From an uncultured bacterium (GTDB taxonomy: Bacteria; SAR324; NAC60-12): 64,000 bases of DNA. The translations under genes and the position numbers were made by a program. Shown piece after piece: positions 38,887 to 48,727 of this stretch. How positions within the stretch are numbered: position 1 is the first letter of the stretch; each line of letters opens with the position of its first letter. The DNA lies in NCBI GenBank assembly GCA_965662235.1, contig CBFIGY010000004.1:28363-92362 (forward strand), read 5' to 3'. Below the pieces are notes generated by a model. That model saw only the letters and a list, made by a program, of their open reading frames with translations. It did not search any database and was not told where the DNA came from.

Positions 38887-39105
38887 TTACGCTTCACGCG
38901 TCAAGTGGGTGCCACTCTCGGTGGGACGAGTCTGGAACTTTCCGGAGGCGTCGTAACGGAAGGGGGTGCACTTGCGTTGAAGGTTGGCCAAGAGGTAGAG
39001 CCCCCGGGAATCGGTCTCTCCGGTTGGAGAAGGCGAAGGGGGTTCTGGTGGTGCAAGGGGACGTGGTTGCACCGAAGGACGGACGGGTAAAAAGCGGCTC
39101 TTCAT
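38887..39105 (-). CDS. Small hypothetical protein (72 aa)
   Basis: ATG ORF co-oriented with and 20 nt upstream of the SprT-like gene; no recognised motif. Confidence 0.45.
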   Translation of the reverse strand: MKSRFLPVRPSVQPRPLAPPEPPSPSPTGETDSRGLYLLANLQRKCTPFRYDASGKFQTRPTESGTHLTREA

Positions 39106-39359
39106 GAGATCGTCAGATCGTTACGGACAGAAAAAGATGGTCTACGTTCTGGAAGAAAGAGTCTGCACAGGCTATGCCGCTGCTGGGCCGTGCTGAGGCT
39201 CCCTTGTTCTTCCGGAGGGGCAGGAACAAAAAGGCGCTGCGGCCGAGGCATCCGGCTTCGCGGCATTTTTGCGGTAGCATCTTTCAAGGGCATTTGGTAG
39301 CATCGACCTTTTCAGTCCGATCTGGCATTCGCCTTCACTATCAGCTCCAACAATGCTTC

Positions 39360-41921
39360 ATGCCCTCTGACGTCCAAGCTTCAGAACCGCCCAACGAACA
39401 GCAGCAGCAAGAAGAACTACAGGCCCGCATTGGTCAACTCCGTGAGCAGGCTTGGCGGGAAGGGCTTCCTGGGCTGGAGCTGAAGTTTGTTTACCTGATG
39501 ACAGAGATCAAGTTTGATCGCGACAACCCGAACGCTTGGCACCTCGACTACCAAGGGTATGAGGTTGAGCAGCAGGAACGCGCCTGGCGTCGGGAACTAG
39601 AAGACATTGAGGCGCTGCTGCAGAGCAACCTGCTGGTCTGGAACCAGATGGGCATTCAGCCGAAGCTCTACAACGCCCGGGAGATTCAACCGGTGGTCCG
39701 GTTTGCGGACCTGTTCTTCCTCAGCTTCACGGTCCCGAGCTGGGTGAGTCCGGTGATGCGGAACAACTTCATTGAGCAGCACACCAACATCCTCCGCCTC
39801 TACCGTCGTGCCAATCCGGAAGCGCTGATCATTGCCATCACCAAGCACCCCACCTTCCGTCTGAAGAAGGACCCGCTCTTTCTGCAGTGGAACGACCTCA
39901 GTGTGGAAACCACGGGCATTGGCAAGAAGGGGGCGATCACACGACTGGTGGCGCAGCAGCTGAGTTCCAAGGCCACGCTGAAGGCTTACATTGAAGGACG
40001 TCACACGACCCACAAGCTCGCTGGAGACGTCCGTAAGGTGGAGCTGCAGAAGCACTATGAGGCGCTGCAGAAGAAGCAGGTTGACGTCAACCTCCTCATT
40101 GTCACGCACCCGGGCCTGCACAGCAGCTACGCGGATGCGGTGGTGAAGCAGATCAAGCACTGGCACTTTTCCAGTGTGGAGGTGATCCGGCAAACCGATC
40201 TGAAGTTTGAGAAGGTCAAGGAGTACGACTTTTTCATCCTCATTCAGTGTGGTTTCCCGGAGGACTTCCGCAATGCTCCAGACGCGCACGTTCAGCACAT
40301 TGCTCGGCGAACCTACCGCTTCACGGGGTGGCTCCCTGAAAAGATGCCCCCGGTGCAGAAGCGTCCGTTTGAGATCCGGAACAAGCTGGAACAGTACTAC
40401 CTCGACCTGCAGGGGGAGCTGAAGACCGAAGCCACCCAGCCCTGGATGATGCGTCGGGCGTCTCAGTATGAAGAGTTCTGGAAACTGGCCCAGGAAGAAG
40501 CCACCAATAACTTGCAGATTGAGTCCATTGAGGAGCGCTTGCTCCCCCAGGCTGAAGCCTACTATGCGCTCGTCCACATGGCGCTGATGGAAGCGACCCG
40601 GCACGTTCACAGCGGAACGCGCTTTGGGGGCATCATGCGGAACCTGACCCGCTACCTCATTGTGGACGACTTCCGGACCGACCTGATCGACTACCTGGTG
40701 GAGCACAAGTTCCCGCGGACCCGCGTCAAGATGATGTCGTCGCTGGAGCTGTTTCGCCTCTTCAACAAGTTCAAGCGAGACAACCCGAATCTGCCGGCTG
40801 CCAAGGCCTACCAGCAGTTCATGCGCAAGGAAGAAACCTTCTCTCAGTTTGAGGTCGTGCTGGTCAACTCCTGGAACGTGGAAACCGACGGCACCCTCAA
40901 TGTGAAGCTCCGCCTGGCGCCTGTTCCTGCAGAAGGGGAGACCGCAGTGGATCCAAGCGAGGTGACGCTCACCAGCCGGAACCTCCATGAGCTGATCCGG
41001 ACCAAACCGGACGAGCTGCTGGAAGGCGTGCTGGGAGCAGCAGCGCTCAAGGACAAGACCCTCAAGGAGCAGCGCGAAAGCGTGGAACGGGTCATCAAAG
41101 CGATGATCTCTAAGGATGGGCTCAACACGCTTTCCAAGATCATGGGGGTGAAGAAGGGCAAACAGTACCGGCTCTTCCAGATTGACATGGAGATGGGCAA
41201 GCTGCTGGACCGCTTCAAGTCGGAGGAGGAAAAGCTTGAAGGCGAAGAAGCTGCTCCTGCGCCCGAGCCTCCTGACAATGAAGCCGAAGCCACGGGGGAC
41301 GAGGAGTTTGAGCCCCCTGAGATTGAGACGCTGGATGAATGGTTTGTGCCTCTGCTGAAGCACCGGTTGCAGATCCTGGAGGCCATGTCCCTAGGCTGCG
41401 CCGTTCGCAATGGCGCCCAGCTGGACAACATCCGCGCCGGACGCTTCTTGGAGGAGGAACAGCAGCTGTACAAGGAGTCTCCGGAGCAGATTCTGGAAAT
41501 GGCCCAAGTGGCGCTGATGACCCTCAACTCCAGCTTTCCGCTGGAAGGCGTCAATGCGGTCTTTCCGGAAGCCGTGGGCTTCAAGCGGATTCAGAAGTTT
41601 GACACACTCCTCAGTCGCCGCGACCTGGAGGAGCTCCGCTTTGCCCTGTTCATCATTGACCTGCCCCACTTCTCAATGGAAGTCGTGCACCAGTTTCTGC
41701 GCAACCGCAACCGCTCGCGCTCCTCTCACGTCCCGGTGGTGTTTCACGCGCCGGTTGAGTTCCGGGAGTCGCTGGATCCCACTGACGAGGCGGTCCTGTG
41801 GCACCTGTCTGGGGTCCGGACCAATGAGGCGGGAGAGGTGCAGGCCATGCCGCTCTACCTAGACTCCTTGGACAATCAAGAGCGCATCACCCACCACTTG
41901 CGCGGATTGCTGAACCTCTAG
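39360..41921 (+). CDS. Large cytoplasmic hypothetical protein (853 aa) with degenerate receiver-like segments
   Basis: Long ORF with strong GC3 bias; ATG 39360 preferred over 39174; no signal peptide or TM. Confidence 0.85.
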   Translation: MPSDVQASEPPNEQQQQEELQARIGQLREQAWREGLPGLELKFVYLMTEIKFDRDNPNAWHLDYQGYEVEQQERAWRRELEDIEALLQSNLLVWNQMGIQPKLYNAREIQPVVRFADLFFLSFTVPSWVSPVMRNNFIEQHTNILRLYRRANPEALIIAITKHPTFRLKKDPLFLQWNDLSVETTGIGKKGAITRLVAQQLSSKATLKAYIEGRHTTHKLAGDVRKVELQKHYEALQKKQVDVNLLIVTHPGLHSSYADAVVKQIKHWHFSSVEVIRQTDLKFEKVKEYDFFILIQCGFPEDFRNAPDAHVQHIARRTYRFTGWLPEKMPPVQKRPFEIRNKLEQYYLDLQGELKTEATQPWMMRRASQYEEFWKLAQEEATNNLQIESIEERLLPQAEAYYALVHMALMEATRHVHSGTRFGGIMRNLTRYLIVDDFRTDLIDYLVEHKFPRTRVKMMSSLELFRLFNKFKRDNPNLPAAKAYQQFMRKEETFSQFEVVLVNSWNVETDGTLNVKLRLAPVPAEGETAVDPSEVTLTSRNLHELIRTKPDELLEGVLGAAALKDKTLKEQRESVERVIKAMISKDGLNTLSKIMGVKKGKQYRLFQIDMEMGKLLDRFKSEEEKLEGEEAAPAPEPPDNEAEATGDEEFEPPEIETLDEWFVPLLKHRLQILEAMSLGCAVRNGAQLDNIRAGRFLEEEQQLYKESPEQILEMAQVALMTLNSSFPLEGVNAVFPEAVGFKRIQKFDTLLSRRDLEELRFALFIIDLPHFSMEVVHQFLRNRNRSRSSHVPVVFHAPVEFRESLDPTDEAVLWHLSGVRTNEAGEVQAMPLYLDSLDNQERITHHLRGLLNL

Positions 41922-41961
41922 TTCCGCCGTCTGACCCTGTTTCTGCCCTTGGGCTGGACAC

Positions 41962-43413
41962 ATGTCTTATCATCTCTTTCTTCGGACGACAGGGGCTCTG
42001 CTGCTGGTCAGCGGGGGCCTCATGCTCTTCCCTGCGGCGTGTGCCGTCCTTTACGGACAGGATGACCTGTTCGCCTTCGTGGTGACCATCCTTGCTTCCG
42101 TTGTGGTGGGGCTGCCGCTGTACTGGCCCTTCCGGAAACGCCGGGAGGTCCGCATCAAGGAGGGCATCGTCATTGTGGCCCTCGGATGGGTGCTCTTTTC
42201 GGCCGTTTCGGCCCTGCCCTTCATCATCCACGGAGCCATCCCGTCGTTCACGGACGCCTTCTTTGAGGTCATGTCCGGGTACACGACAACAGGTTCCACC
42301 ATCCTGACCGACATTGAGTCGCTGCCAAAGGGCCTGCTCTTCTGGCGGAGCATGACGCACTTCATTGGGGGGATGGGGATGATTGTCCTCTACCTGACCC
42401 TGTTTTCCAGCAGTGAAGCGGTGCAGCTGTTCCGGGCGGAAGCTGCGCCCGGACAGGGCCTGACGGGCACCAAGATGCTCCCGCGGCTCAAGGAAACCCT
42501 GCGCTGGCTGTGGGTGATCTACATTGGCCTCAATGCCCTGCAGACCCTGTTGCTGTGGCTCGGGGGAATGTCGCTGTACGATGCCCTGATTCACGCCTTC
42601 GGAACCCTGGCGACAGGAGGCTACTCCAGCCGCAACGCCAGCTATGGCGCCTACGACAGCTCGTACCTAGAGTGGGTGGGGACGGTCTTCATGTTCCTCG
42701 GAGGCATGGACTTTGTGCTCCACTACCACCTCATCTCCCGGAACTGGAAGGAGGTGCGGCACAACACGGAAATCAAGGCCTACCTGCTGGTGGTCATTGG
42801 GCTTGGGCTCCTCATCTCCGTGGTCCTCTGGGGACAGGGCGCCTACGCAACGCTGGCGGATGCGGCCCGCTTTGGCTTCTTCCAAGTGGTTTCCATCATC
42901 ACCACAACGGGCTTTGCCACAGCCGACTATGAGCAGTGGCCAGAGGCCGCCCAGATGATCATCTTCATGTGCCTCTTCATTGGAGGCTCAACCAGTTCCA
43001 CCTCCAGCGGCATCCGGATCCTCCACTTTGTGATCATCTTCCGCTCCATCTCCCACACCGCCCGGACGATGCTGCAGCCGATGGCGGTGAACCCCATCCG
43101 CATCAACAACCGTCCGCTGCCTCCGCAGATCATCTATGGTGTGATGAGCTTCTTCACGCTCAATGTCCTCTTCCTGCTCGTTGGGTCGATGCTGCTCACG
43201 CTCATTGACGCCGTGGACTTCTGGACGGCACTCAATGCGACCATGGCAACGCTGTGGAACATTGGCCCCGGATTTGGGGCGGTGGGCCCCACAGACAACT
43301 TTGCCGGGTTCTCAGACTTGGCGAAGTGGCTGCTGTCCTTCTTCATGCTGGCCGGACGCTTGGACATTTACACGGCGCTCTTCCTCCTCTCCCCGGGATT
43401 CTGGAAAAGTTAA
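41962..43413 (+). CDS. trkH: Trk potassium uptake membrane protein
   Basis: FFEVMSGYTTTG, GGMG, ATGGYS, TTTGF, NIGPG, MLAGRL. Confidence 0.96.
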   Translation: MSYHLFLRTTGALLLVSGGLMLFPAACAVLYGQDDLFAFVVTILASVVVGLPLYWPFRKRREVRIKEGIVIVALGWVLFSAVSALPFIIHGAIPSFTDAFFEVMSGYTTTGSTILTDIESLPKGLLFWRSMTHFIGGMGMIVLYLTLFSSSEAVQLFRAEAAPGQGLTGTKMLPRLKETLRWLWVIYIGLNALQTLLLWLGGMSLYDALIHAFGTLATGGYSSRNASYGAYDSSYLEWVGTVFMFLGGMDFVLHYHLISRNWKEVRHNTEIKAYLLVVIGLGLLISVVLWGQGAYATLADAARFGFFQVVSIITTTGFATADYEQWPEAAQMIIFMCLFIGGSTSSTSSGIRILHFVIIFRSISHTARTMLQPMAVNPIRINNRPLPPQIIYGVMSFFTLNVLFLLVGSMLLTLIDAVDFWTALNATMATLWNIGPGFGAVGPTDNFAGFSDLAKWLLSFFMLAGRLDIYTALFLLSPGFWKS

Positions 43414-43668
43414 GCCAGTGGCGTGGGTCTTGCTGAAAGAGTTTTGGGGACCGACTCTCAAGACTCTTTCACAGAAGCCACTCATGCTGCTCATGGAACG
43501 CCTCCGCGACACCTGGCGCCGCGCCGGGCAACAGGTTCTTGCCTCTCCGGCCACGCCTGCACTGCGGGAAACCCCATCCTCCGCTTCACAGGCGGTCGCT
43601 CGACTGAAAGCCGATCCGGTCCGGCGTCCTGTGTCCTGAGGGTGCTCAACCAACTGGTTGCCTGGATC

Positions 43669-44436
43669 GTGAAGTCCATTCGTCCCCAACCGGAACAACT
43701 CATCTGGAAGCGCTGCTGGCAGGACACGTCCGTCGAGGTCTGGGAACGTCCGGGACGCCGGGAACTGCGGTTTGGCAACCGGGTGGTCCAGAGTGCTCAG
43801 TCGCAGCTCAACCCGGAACACCTGGTGCTTCGGTACACCCGTTACCTCTTGCTGGGACTGGTGGTGGTGCCGCAGCCGCAGCGGATCCTGCACATCGGAA
43901 TGGGCGCAGGCACGGTTCCCACGTACCTGCACCGGCACTTTCCGGACCTGATCCACGACGTGGTGGAGCTCAATCCAGAGGTCATTGCCGCAGCCCGGGA
44001 GTGTTTCGACTTTCCGGACCACCCGCACCTACAGGTACACCTGGGGAATGCCCTAGAGCAGGTTCCTCAGTTGCCGGGGCCCTACGACCTGATCTTTCTG
44101 GACGCCTTCGATTCCTACGGCACTCCTCCGGCTCTTCAGTCTCCCGAATTTCTGTCCCTGCTCCTCGACCGTCTGACGCCCAACGGCTGGGTCCTAGCGA
44201 ACGTCTGGAGCGCCACCGAGGTCTTTCCGCAGTTCCGCAAGCGGTGGATGGCGGCTTTTGGCCGGGGCATGCAGGCTCGGACCCGTTCCCTGGGGAACGT
44301 CCTCCTCTTCGGCAGCCACGCTGGACCCGAGATTGGCCGCGCTGAACTGCTGAAGCGGGCGCACCTTCTCCAGCGTCAGTTGCCTCAGGAACTGGTGGGC
44401 ATGGCCCGAAAACTGGAACGCTGGGACCCTTCTTGA
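43669..44436 (+). CDS. Spermidine-synthase-like SAM-dependent methyltransferase
   Basis: QSA, HIGMGAG, VELNPEVI, YDLIFLDAFD; start uncertain (GTG 43669). Confidence 0.82.
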   Translation: MKSIRPQPEQLIWKRCWQDTSVEVWERPGRRELRFGNRVVQSAQSQLNPEHLVLRYTRYLLLGLVVVPQPQRILHIGMGAGTVPTYLHRHFPDLIHDVVELNPEVIAAARECFDFPDHPHLQVHLGNALEQVPQLPGPYDLIFLDAFDSYGTPPALQSPEFLSLLLDRLTPNGWVLANVWSATEVFPQFRKRWMAAFGRGMQARTRSLGNVLLFGSHAGPEIGRAELLKRAHLLQRQLPQELVGMARKLERWDPS

Positions 44437-44492
44437 GTCGCCCTCTTTCCCAATGCCCCTCTGACCTTTCCGACCCCAACAGCCTCTTCTTC

Positions 44493-44508
44493 TGGCACCG
44501 AATTCGCA
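44493..44508 (+). promoter_or_regulatory. Putative sigma54 promoter for flgI
   Basis: TGGCAC-N5-TCGCA, GG and GC 12 nt apart, about 50 nt before ATG. Confidence 0.65.
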
Positions 44509-44557
44509 TTGCTCCCGGAAGATAATTGTGGCTCGAACCTTCTTGATTCGATGATTC

Positions 44558-45649
44558 ATGCGCCCTTTGCTTAGTTTGCTTCTGATTTTTGCCCTGACCT
44601 CAACGGCTTGGGCAGTCCGTGTGAAGGACATTGCTTCGCTCCGAGGAGCGAGGGACAACCAGCTGATTGGCTTTGGCCTGGTTGTGGGTCTGGATGGAAC
44701 CGGGGACTCTCCGGAAAGCCTGCTTTCTCGCAAGCCCATTGTGAACGCACTGGAGCGCATGGGCCTGAGTTTGGGAAGTCAGGACATTCAGGGACGTAGT
44801 GTGGCAGCGGTTTGGCTGACCTCAACCCTGCCGCCGTTTGCCAAATCCGGCCAGCGTCTGGATGTGACCGTTGCGACGCTGGGAGATTCCATTTCCCTCC
44901 GGGGAGGCGTGTTGCTGATGGCGCCACTGCGAGGACCCGACCGGCAGGTGTATGCGCTGGCCCAGGGACCGATTGCTGGGATTCCTCGTGGGGTGAGCCG
45001 GGCAGAAGCCCTGCCCCCGGAAGAATTGGCCAACCTACCCATTGGCGCCCGCATGGTGGCTTCGGTAGGGAACGTGCCCGGAGGCGCGATTGTCGAACGC
45101 GAGATCAACCTGAACCTCAACAGCCGGGCTCGGGTGTACATGAACCTCAAGGAGCCTGACTTCACCACGGCGTTCCGGTTGGCCAAACTGATCAACCAGT
45201 CCTTGGGCATGCGGACCGCCCGAGCAAAAGATGCCGGGACGGTGGAAGTGATTGTGCCCGATAGCTACCTAGGAAACACCGTGGAGTTGGTCTCCAGCAT
45301 TGAAAACCTGGAAATCACCCCAGACAGTTCCGCACAGGTGGTGCTCGACGAACGCTCCGGAACCGTGGTCATGGGCGGAAGCGTCCGGATCTCCCCGGTG
45401 GCGATTTCTCAGAACGGCCTCAACATCCAGGTGAAGCTGCCTCAGGCGGCGCCTGCGGATCCGAATGCCCCCGGGGGCGGCAACGAGGAGACGATTTCCT
45501 CAAATGTCTTCCTGCTCAAGGGGGGAGCGGACCTCAAGGAAGTGGTGGACGGCTTCAACAAAATTGGCGCCTCCAGCAAGGACCTGATTGAGGTCCTCAA
45601 GGCCATTAAGACGGCAGGTGCCCTGCACGCTGAACTCATCATCCGGTAA
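44558..45649 (+). CDS. flgI: Flagellar P-ring protein
   Basis: RVKDIA, NQLIGFGLVVGLDGTGD, PDFTTA, ERSGTVVMG, AGALHAEL. Confidence 0.97.
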   Translation: MRPLLSLLLIFALTSTAWAVRVKDIASLRGARDNQLIGFGLVVGLDGTGDSPESLLSRKPIVNALERMGLSLGSQDIQGRSVAAVWLTSTLPPFAKSGQRLDVTVATLGDSISLRGGVLLMAPLRGPDRQVYALAQGPIAGIPRGVSRAEALPPEELANLPIGARMVASVGNVPGGAIVEREINLNLNSRARVYMNLKEPDFTTAFRLAKLINQSLGMRTARAKDAGTVEVIVPDSYLGNTVELVSSIENLEITPDSSAQVVLDERSGTVVMGGSVRISPVAISQNGLNIQVKLPQAAPADPNAPGGGNEETISSNVFLLKGGADLKEVVDGFNKIGASSKDLIEVLKAIKTAGALHAELIIR

Positions 45650-45654
45650 GTGTC

Positions 45655-45987
45655 ATGAACTCACTGAAAGCATCCGCTCAACTGGGAACCGCGCGCCTTG
45701 CTGGACAGCAGAACCGCCTAGAAGCCCTGAACACCCAACCAAAGGGCGCCTCCCGGGACGAGAAGCTCCGAGAGGCCTGTGACGAGTTTGAGGCCATCTT
45801 CACGCAGCAGCTGCTTTCGGCGATGCGTGAGGCCACCATGGAGTCTGGGCTGATGCCCAAGTCCAGTGGCGAGAAGGCCTTTGAGTCCATGCTGGATGAG
45901 CAGCGCTCTCTGCAGATGGCCAAGTCGGGAAGCCTCGGTTTGGGAGAAATGATCTATCAGCAGCTGCAGGCTCGGCTGAAAAAATAA
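45655..45987 (+). CDS. flgJ: FlgJ rod-binding protein (no muramidase domain)
   Basis: KLREACDEFEAIF..MR..FESMLDEQ..GLGEMIYQQL. Confidence 0.9.
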   Translation: MNSLKASAQLGTARLAGQQNRLEALNTQPKGASRDEKLREACDEFEAIFTQQLLSAMREATMESGLMPKSSGEKAFESMLDEQRSLQMAKSGSLGLGEMIYQQLQARLKK

Positions 45988-46005
45988 GGTTTTGCAAAGA
46001 ACCGC

Positions 46006-46032
46006 TCAAGTTTTCTGCAAAGATGCCGATGT
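46006..46032 (+). promoter_or_regulatory. Sigma28 (FliA) promoter for the flgM operon
   Basis: TCAAGTTT-N11-GCCGATGT vs consensus TAAAGTTT-N11-GCCGATAA. Confidence 0.8.
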
Positions 46033-46178
46033 GGAATCAAGAGGCGGTCTCCTTCAGTGGAGAAGCCGCACTTGCTCCCACCCCGGGAACCTGTCACCAT
46101 GACGAGAACTCGGACCAAGAGCACCCACATTGGGTTTCCGGATACTCCGGAAAAACCGCAGATTGATAAGGTGGCCCT

Positions 46179-46472
46179 ATGAAGATCACAGGACAACAAA
46201 CTTCTGCTCTCCAAGACCTGAAAGGGGGGCAGCGTAAAGACGGCACCGAGCTGGCGCGTCAAGGTCGAGGCGACCAGTCTCAGAACGATGTTGTGAAGGC
46301 TGGTTCCTTTGCAATGGACAAGATGAAGGTACGCATTGAGGCTGAGCCGGAGGTGCGTGCAGACAAGGTGGCGGAGCTCAAGGAGCGCATCCGCAACGGC
46401 GAGTACCAAGTGGACTCCAAGAAACTGGCGCTCAACCTCCTGAAGGAAGGTCTCCAGGAAGGCTCTTCCTGA
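46179..46472 (+). CDS. flgM: Anti-sigma28 factor FlgM
   Basis: VRADKVAELKERIRNGEYQVDSKKLA; synteny. Confidence 0.93.
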   Translation: MKITGQQTSALQDLKGGQRKDGTELARQGRGDQSQNDVVKAGSFAMDKMKVRIEAEPEVRADKVAELKERIRNGEYQVDSKKLALNLLKEGLQEGSS

Positions 46473-46502
46473 CCCCCATTTCATTAGGTTAAAGGGACTT
46501 TT

Positions 46503-46997
46503 GTGGAAGAGTCGTTGGACGAACTGACTGCTTTGCTGGAACGCGAAGCCGAGTTGCATGAACAGCTGCTGATCCTCCTCAATGAGGAAGGAGAGAGCTA
46601 TGGGAAGGCTTCAGGAGCCGAGCTGCTGCAACTTCAGTCCGCCAAGTCTCAGGTCGTGCGCCGGATTGAGCAACTGGAACAGGAGCGCATCACGCTGGTG
46701 CAAGGGCTGGCCCGTCACTGGGACCTGCCGGCTCCGGAACTGCGCCTCCGGCAAATTGCTGAACGTTGCGGCGGAGCCCACGGGCAAGCGCTGTCAGACT
46801 GCCATCACCGCCTGACCTCGCTGCTGGAGCAGATTCGCCAGAGCGCGGAACGCAACGGGCGCCTCTCTGAGTCGCGCCTGAAGTCAGTCAATGCCGCCAT
46901 CCGCTTCATGTCTGAAGCTCAGGGCCTGCAGCAGACCTACTCCGAGGCCGGGAAGTTACAAAGCGGCAAGAGCAAGTTCAGCCGCTCCTCGGTCTGA
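46503..46997 (+). CDS. flgN: Flagellar export chaperone FlgN
   Basis: Helical protein with late N..L and TY..G motif; lies between flgM and flgK. Confidence 0.85.
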   Translation: MEESLDELTALLEREAELHEQLLILLNEEGESYGKASGAELLQLQSAKSQVVRRIEQLEQERITLVQGLARHWDLPAPELRLRQIAERCGGAHGQALSDCHHRLTSLLEQIRQSAERNGRLSESRLKSVNAAIRFMSEAQGLQQTYSEAGKLQSGKSKFSRSSV

Positions 46998-47036
46998 TTT
47001 TATCCACGCACTCCGGTTAAACGGAAACGTTGTCCC

Positions 47037-48725
47037 ATGCCTAGCCTCAACCAAGCCCTCAATGTCGGCTCCCGTGCCATGAACGCCCAGCAACGGGCGA
47101 TTCAGACCTCTGGGCACAACATTGCCAATCAAAACACCGAAGGCTTCTCTCGGCAGCAAGTCACCACGCAGGCCGCAGCCCCGGATCCTACTGGAGTCGG
47201 AGGCGGTGCCGAAGCGCAACCCACCGGCCGAGTCTTCGATCACTTCGTTCAACGCAAGATCATCCAGGAAAATCCGAAATCGGAGGTCTTCAAGACCCGC
47301 GGCGAGTTTTTCAACAAGCTGGAAGTCGTTTTCGGGGACTTGGGAGTCACGGGGCTCCGGAATGCGATGAACGAGTTCTGGAACTCCTGGAGTCAGCTCT
47401 CCAGCCAGCCTGAGCTGGATGTGGCCCGTCAGCGTGTGCAGGAGCAGGGAGACCTGCTGGCCACCAAAATCCGGGAAATGCATGCCCAGCTGGTGTCGCT
47501 GCGCAACGAGGCTGATGCCAAGATTCAGGATGTCAGCGACCAAGTCAACAGCCTGGGGAAGCGGATTGCCGAGCTGAATCGGCAGATCTTCTCCTATGAG
47601 GTTGGCGGCCGCAAGGCCAACGACGCCCGGGACGCTCGGGCTCAGGCCATTGAAGAACTGGCGTCGCTTGTGGACGTCAATGTGATTGAGAACCCGAACC
47701 GCCGGACATCGGTCATCATTGGACGGGACTGGACGTTGGTGGAGGGAGACAAGTTCTTTGGGGTCGAACCGACGCTGAAGGGCGGAGAGGTTGGCATGGT
47801 GGGCCTAGATGGCATTGCCACGAACAACAACCGACGTGACATCACCCGCATCTTCCGCTCTGGGACCCTCACGGAGCTCCTCAAGCAGCGTGACGAAACG
47901 ATCGTTGGCTACATGCAGCAGATGGATGAGCTGGCATTTGGGATGGCGAACAAGATCAACAAGCTGCACGCCACCGGAACCGGAGTCAACTCGGCCACCA
48001 ACCTGATGAAAAGCACCTATGGGCTTCATCCGGATGCACTGGGCCAACCGCTGCCGTTCCTCAACGATGGCGTCCTCCAGCTGCACCTAGTGGGGCCAGA
48101 CAATGAATTCCTGGAAACCTATGAGATCGAGGTCCAAGCGGGCTCCGACCGGCTTCCGGACATTGTCAACCGCATCAACCAGACGGTCAGTGACCCGAAG
48201 CTTCTTCATGCCAGCATTGAAGCCGACGGCTCCATGCTCCTGCAGAGCGGCGCCGGGTACAACTTCATTTTTGGCGAAGACCAGTCGAATTTGACGCTGG
48301 TGATGGGCTTCAACAGCTTCTTCGAGTCCCTCAAGGGCGCAGCCGACATTCGGCTCAGCGACCGCATCATGAAGGACCCGAACACCATTTCGTCCGGAAA
48401 GGACCTCATTCCCGGTGACAACCAGGTTGCGCTTGCCATCGCCAAGCTCCAGACCGAGCCGACGATGAAGGATGAGACGATCACCTTTGATGAGTACTAC
48501 AACGGCATCCTAGGAGACCTGGGGCTCCGCATCCGCCGCAATCAGGTGGAGCAGGAGCAGCAAGAGGGAATGGTCCGCCAGTTCCGAGAAATCCGCAACT
48601 CCATCAGCGGGGTCAATATGGATGAAGAACTGACCAACATGGTTCAGTACCAGAAGGCCTACGAAGCATCTGCCCGGTTCATTAAAACGGTGGATGAAAT
48701 GATGGACACCGTAATCAACATGTGA
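47037..48725 (+). CDS. flgK: Hook-associated protein 1
   Basis: GHNIANQNTEGFSRQ, SGVNMDEE, QYQKAYEASAR. Confidence 0.97.
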   Translation: MPSLNQALNVGSRAMNAQQRAIQTSGHNIANQNTEGFSRQQVTTQAAAPDPTGVGGGAEAQPTGRVFDHFVQRKIIQENPKSEVFKTRGEFFNKLEVVFGDLGVTGLRNAMNEFWNSWSQLSSQPELDVARQRVQEQGDLLATKIREMHAQLVSLRNEADAKIQDVSDQVNSLGKRIAELNRQIFSYEVGGRKANDARDARAQAIEELASLVDVNVIENPNRRTSVIIGRDWTLVEGDKFFGVEPTLKGGEVGMVGLDGIATNNNRRDITRIFRSGTLTELLKQRDETIVGYMQQMDELAFGMANKINKLHATGTGVNSATNLMKSTYGLHPDALGQPLPFLNDGVLQLHLVGPDNEFLETYEIEVQAGSDRLPDIVNRINQTVSDPKLLHASIEADGSMLLQSGAGYNFIFGEDQSNLTLVMGFNSFFESLKGAADIRLSDRIMKDPNTISSGKDLIPGDNQVALAIAKLQTEPTMKDETITFDEYYNGILGDLGLRIRRNQVEQEQQEGMVRQFREIRNSISGVNMDEELTNMVQYQKAYEASARFIKTVDEMMDTVINM

Positions 48726-48727
48726 CG

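Noticed and set aside
39597..41363. 588-aa minus-strand ORF
   Set aside because: Antisense shadow of the 853-aa plus-strand gene caused by GC3 bias; no motifs
45655..45987. Short flgJ as a pseudogene
   Set aside because: Rod-binding-only FlgJ is the normal form outside beta/gamma-proteobacteria
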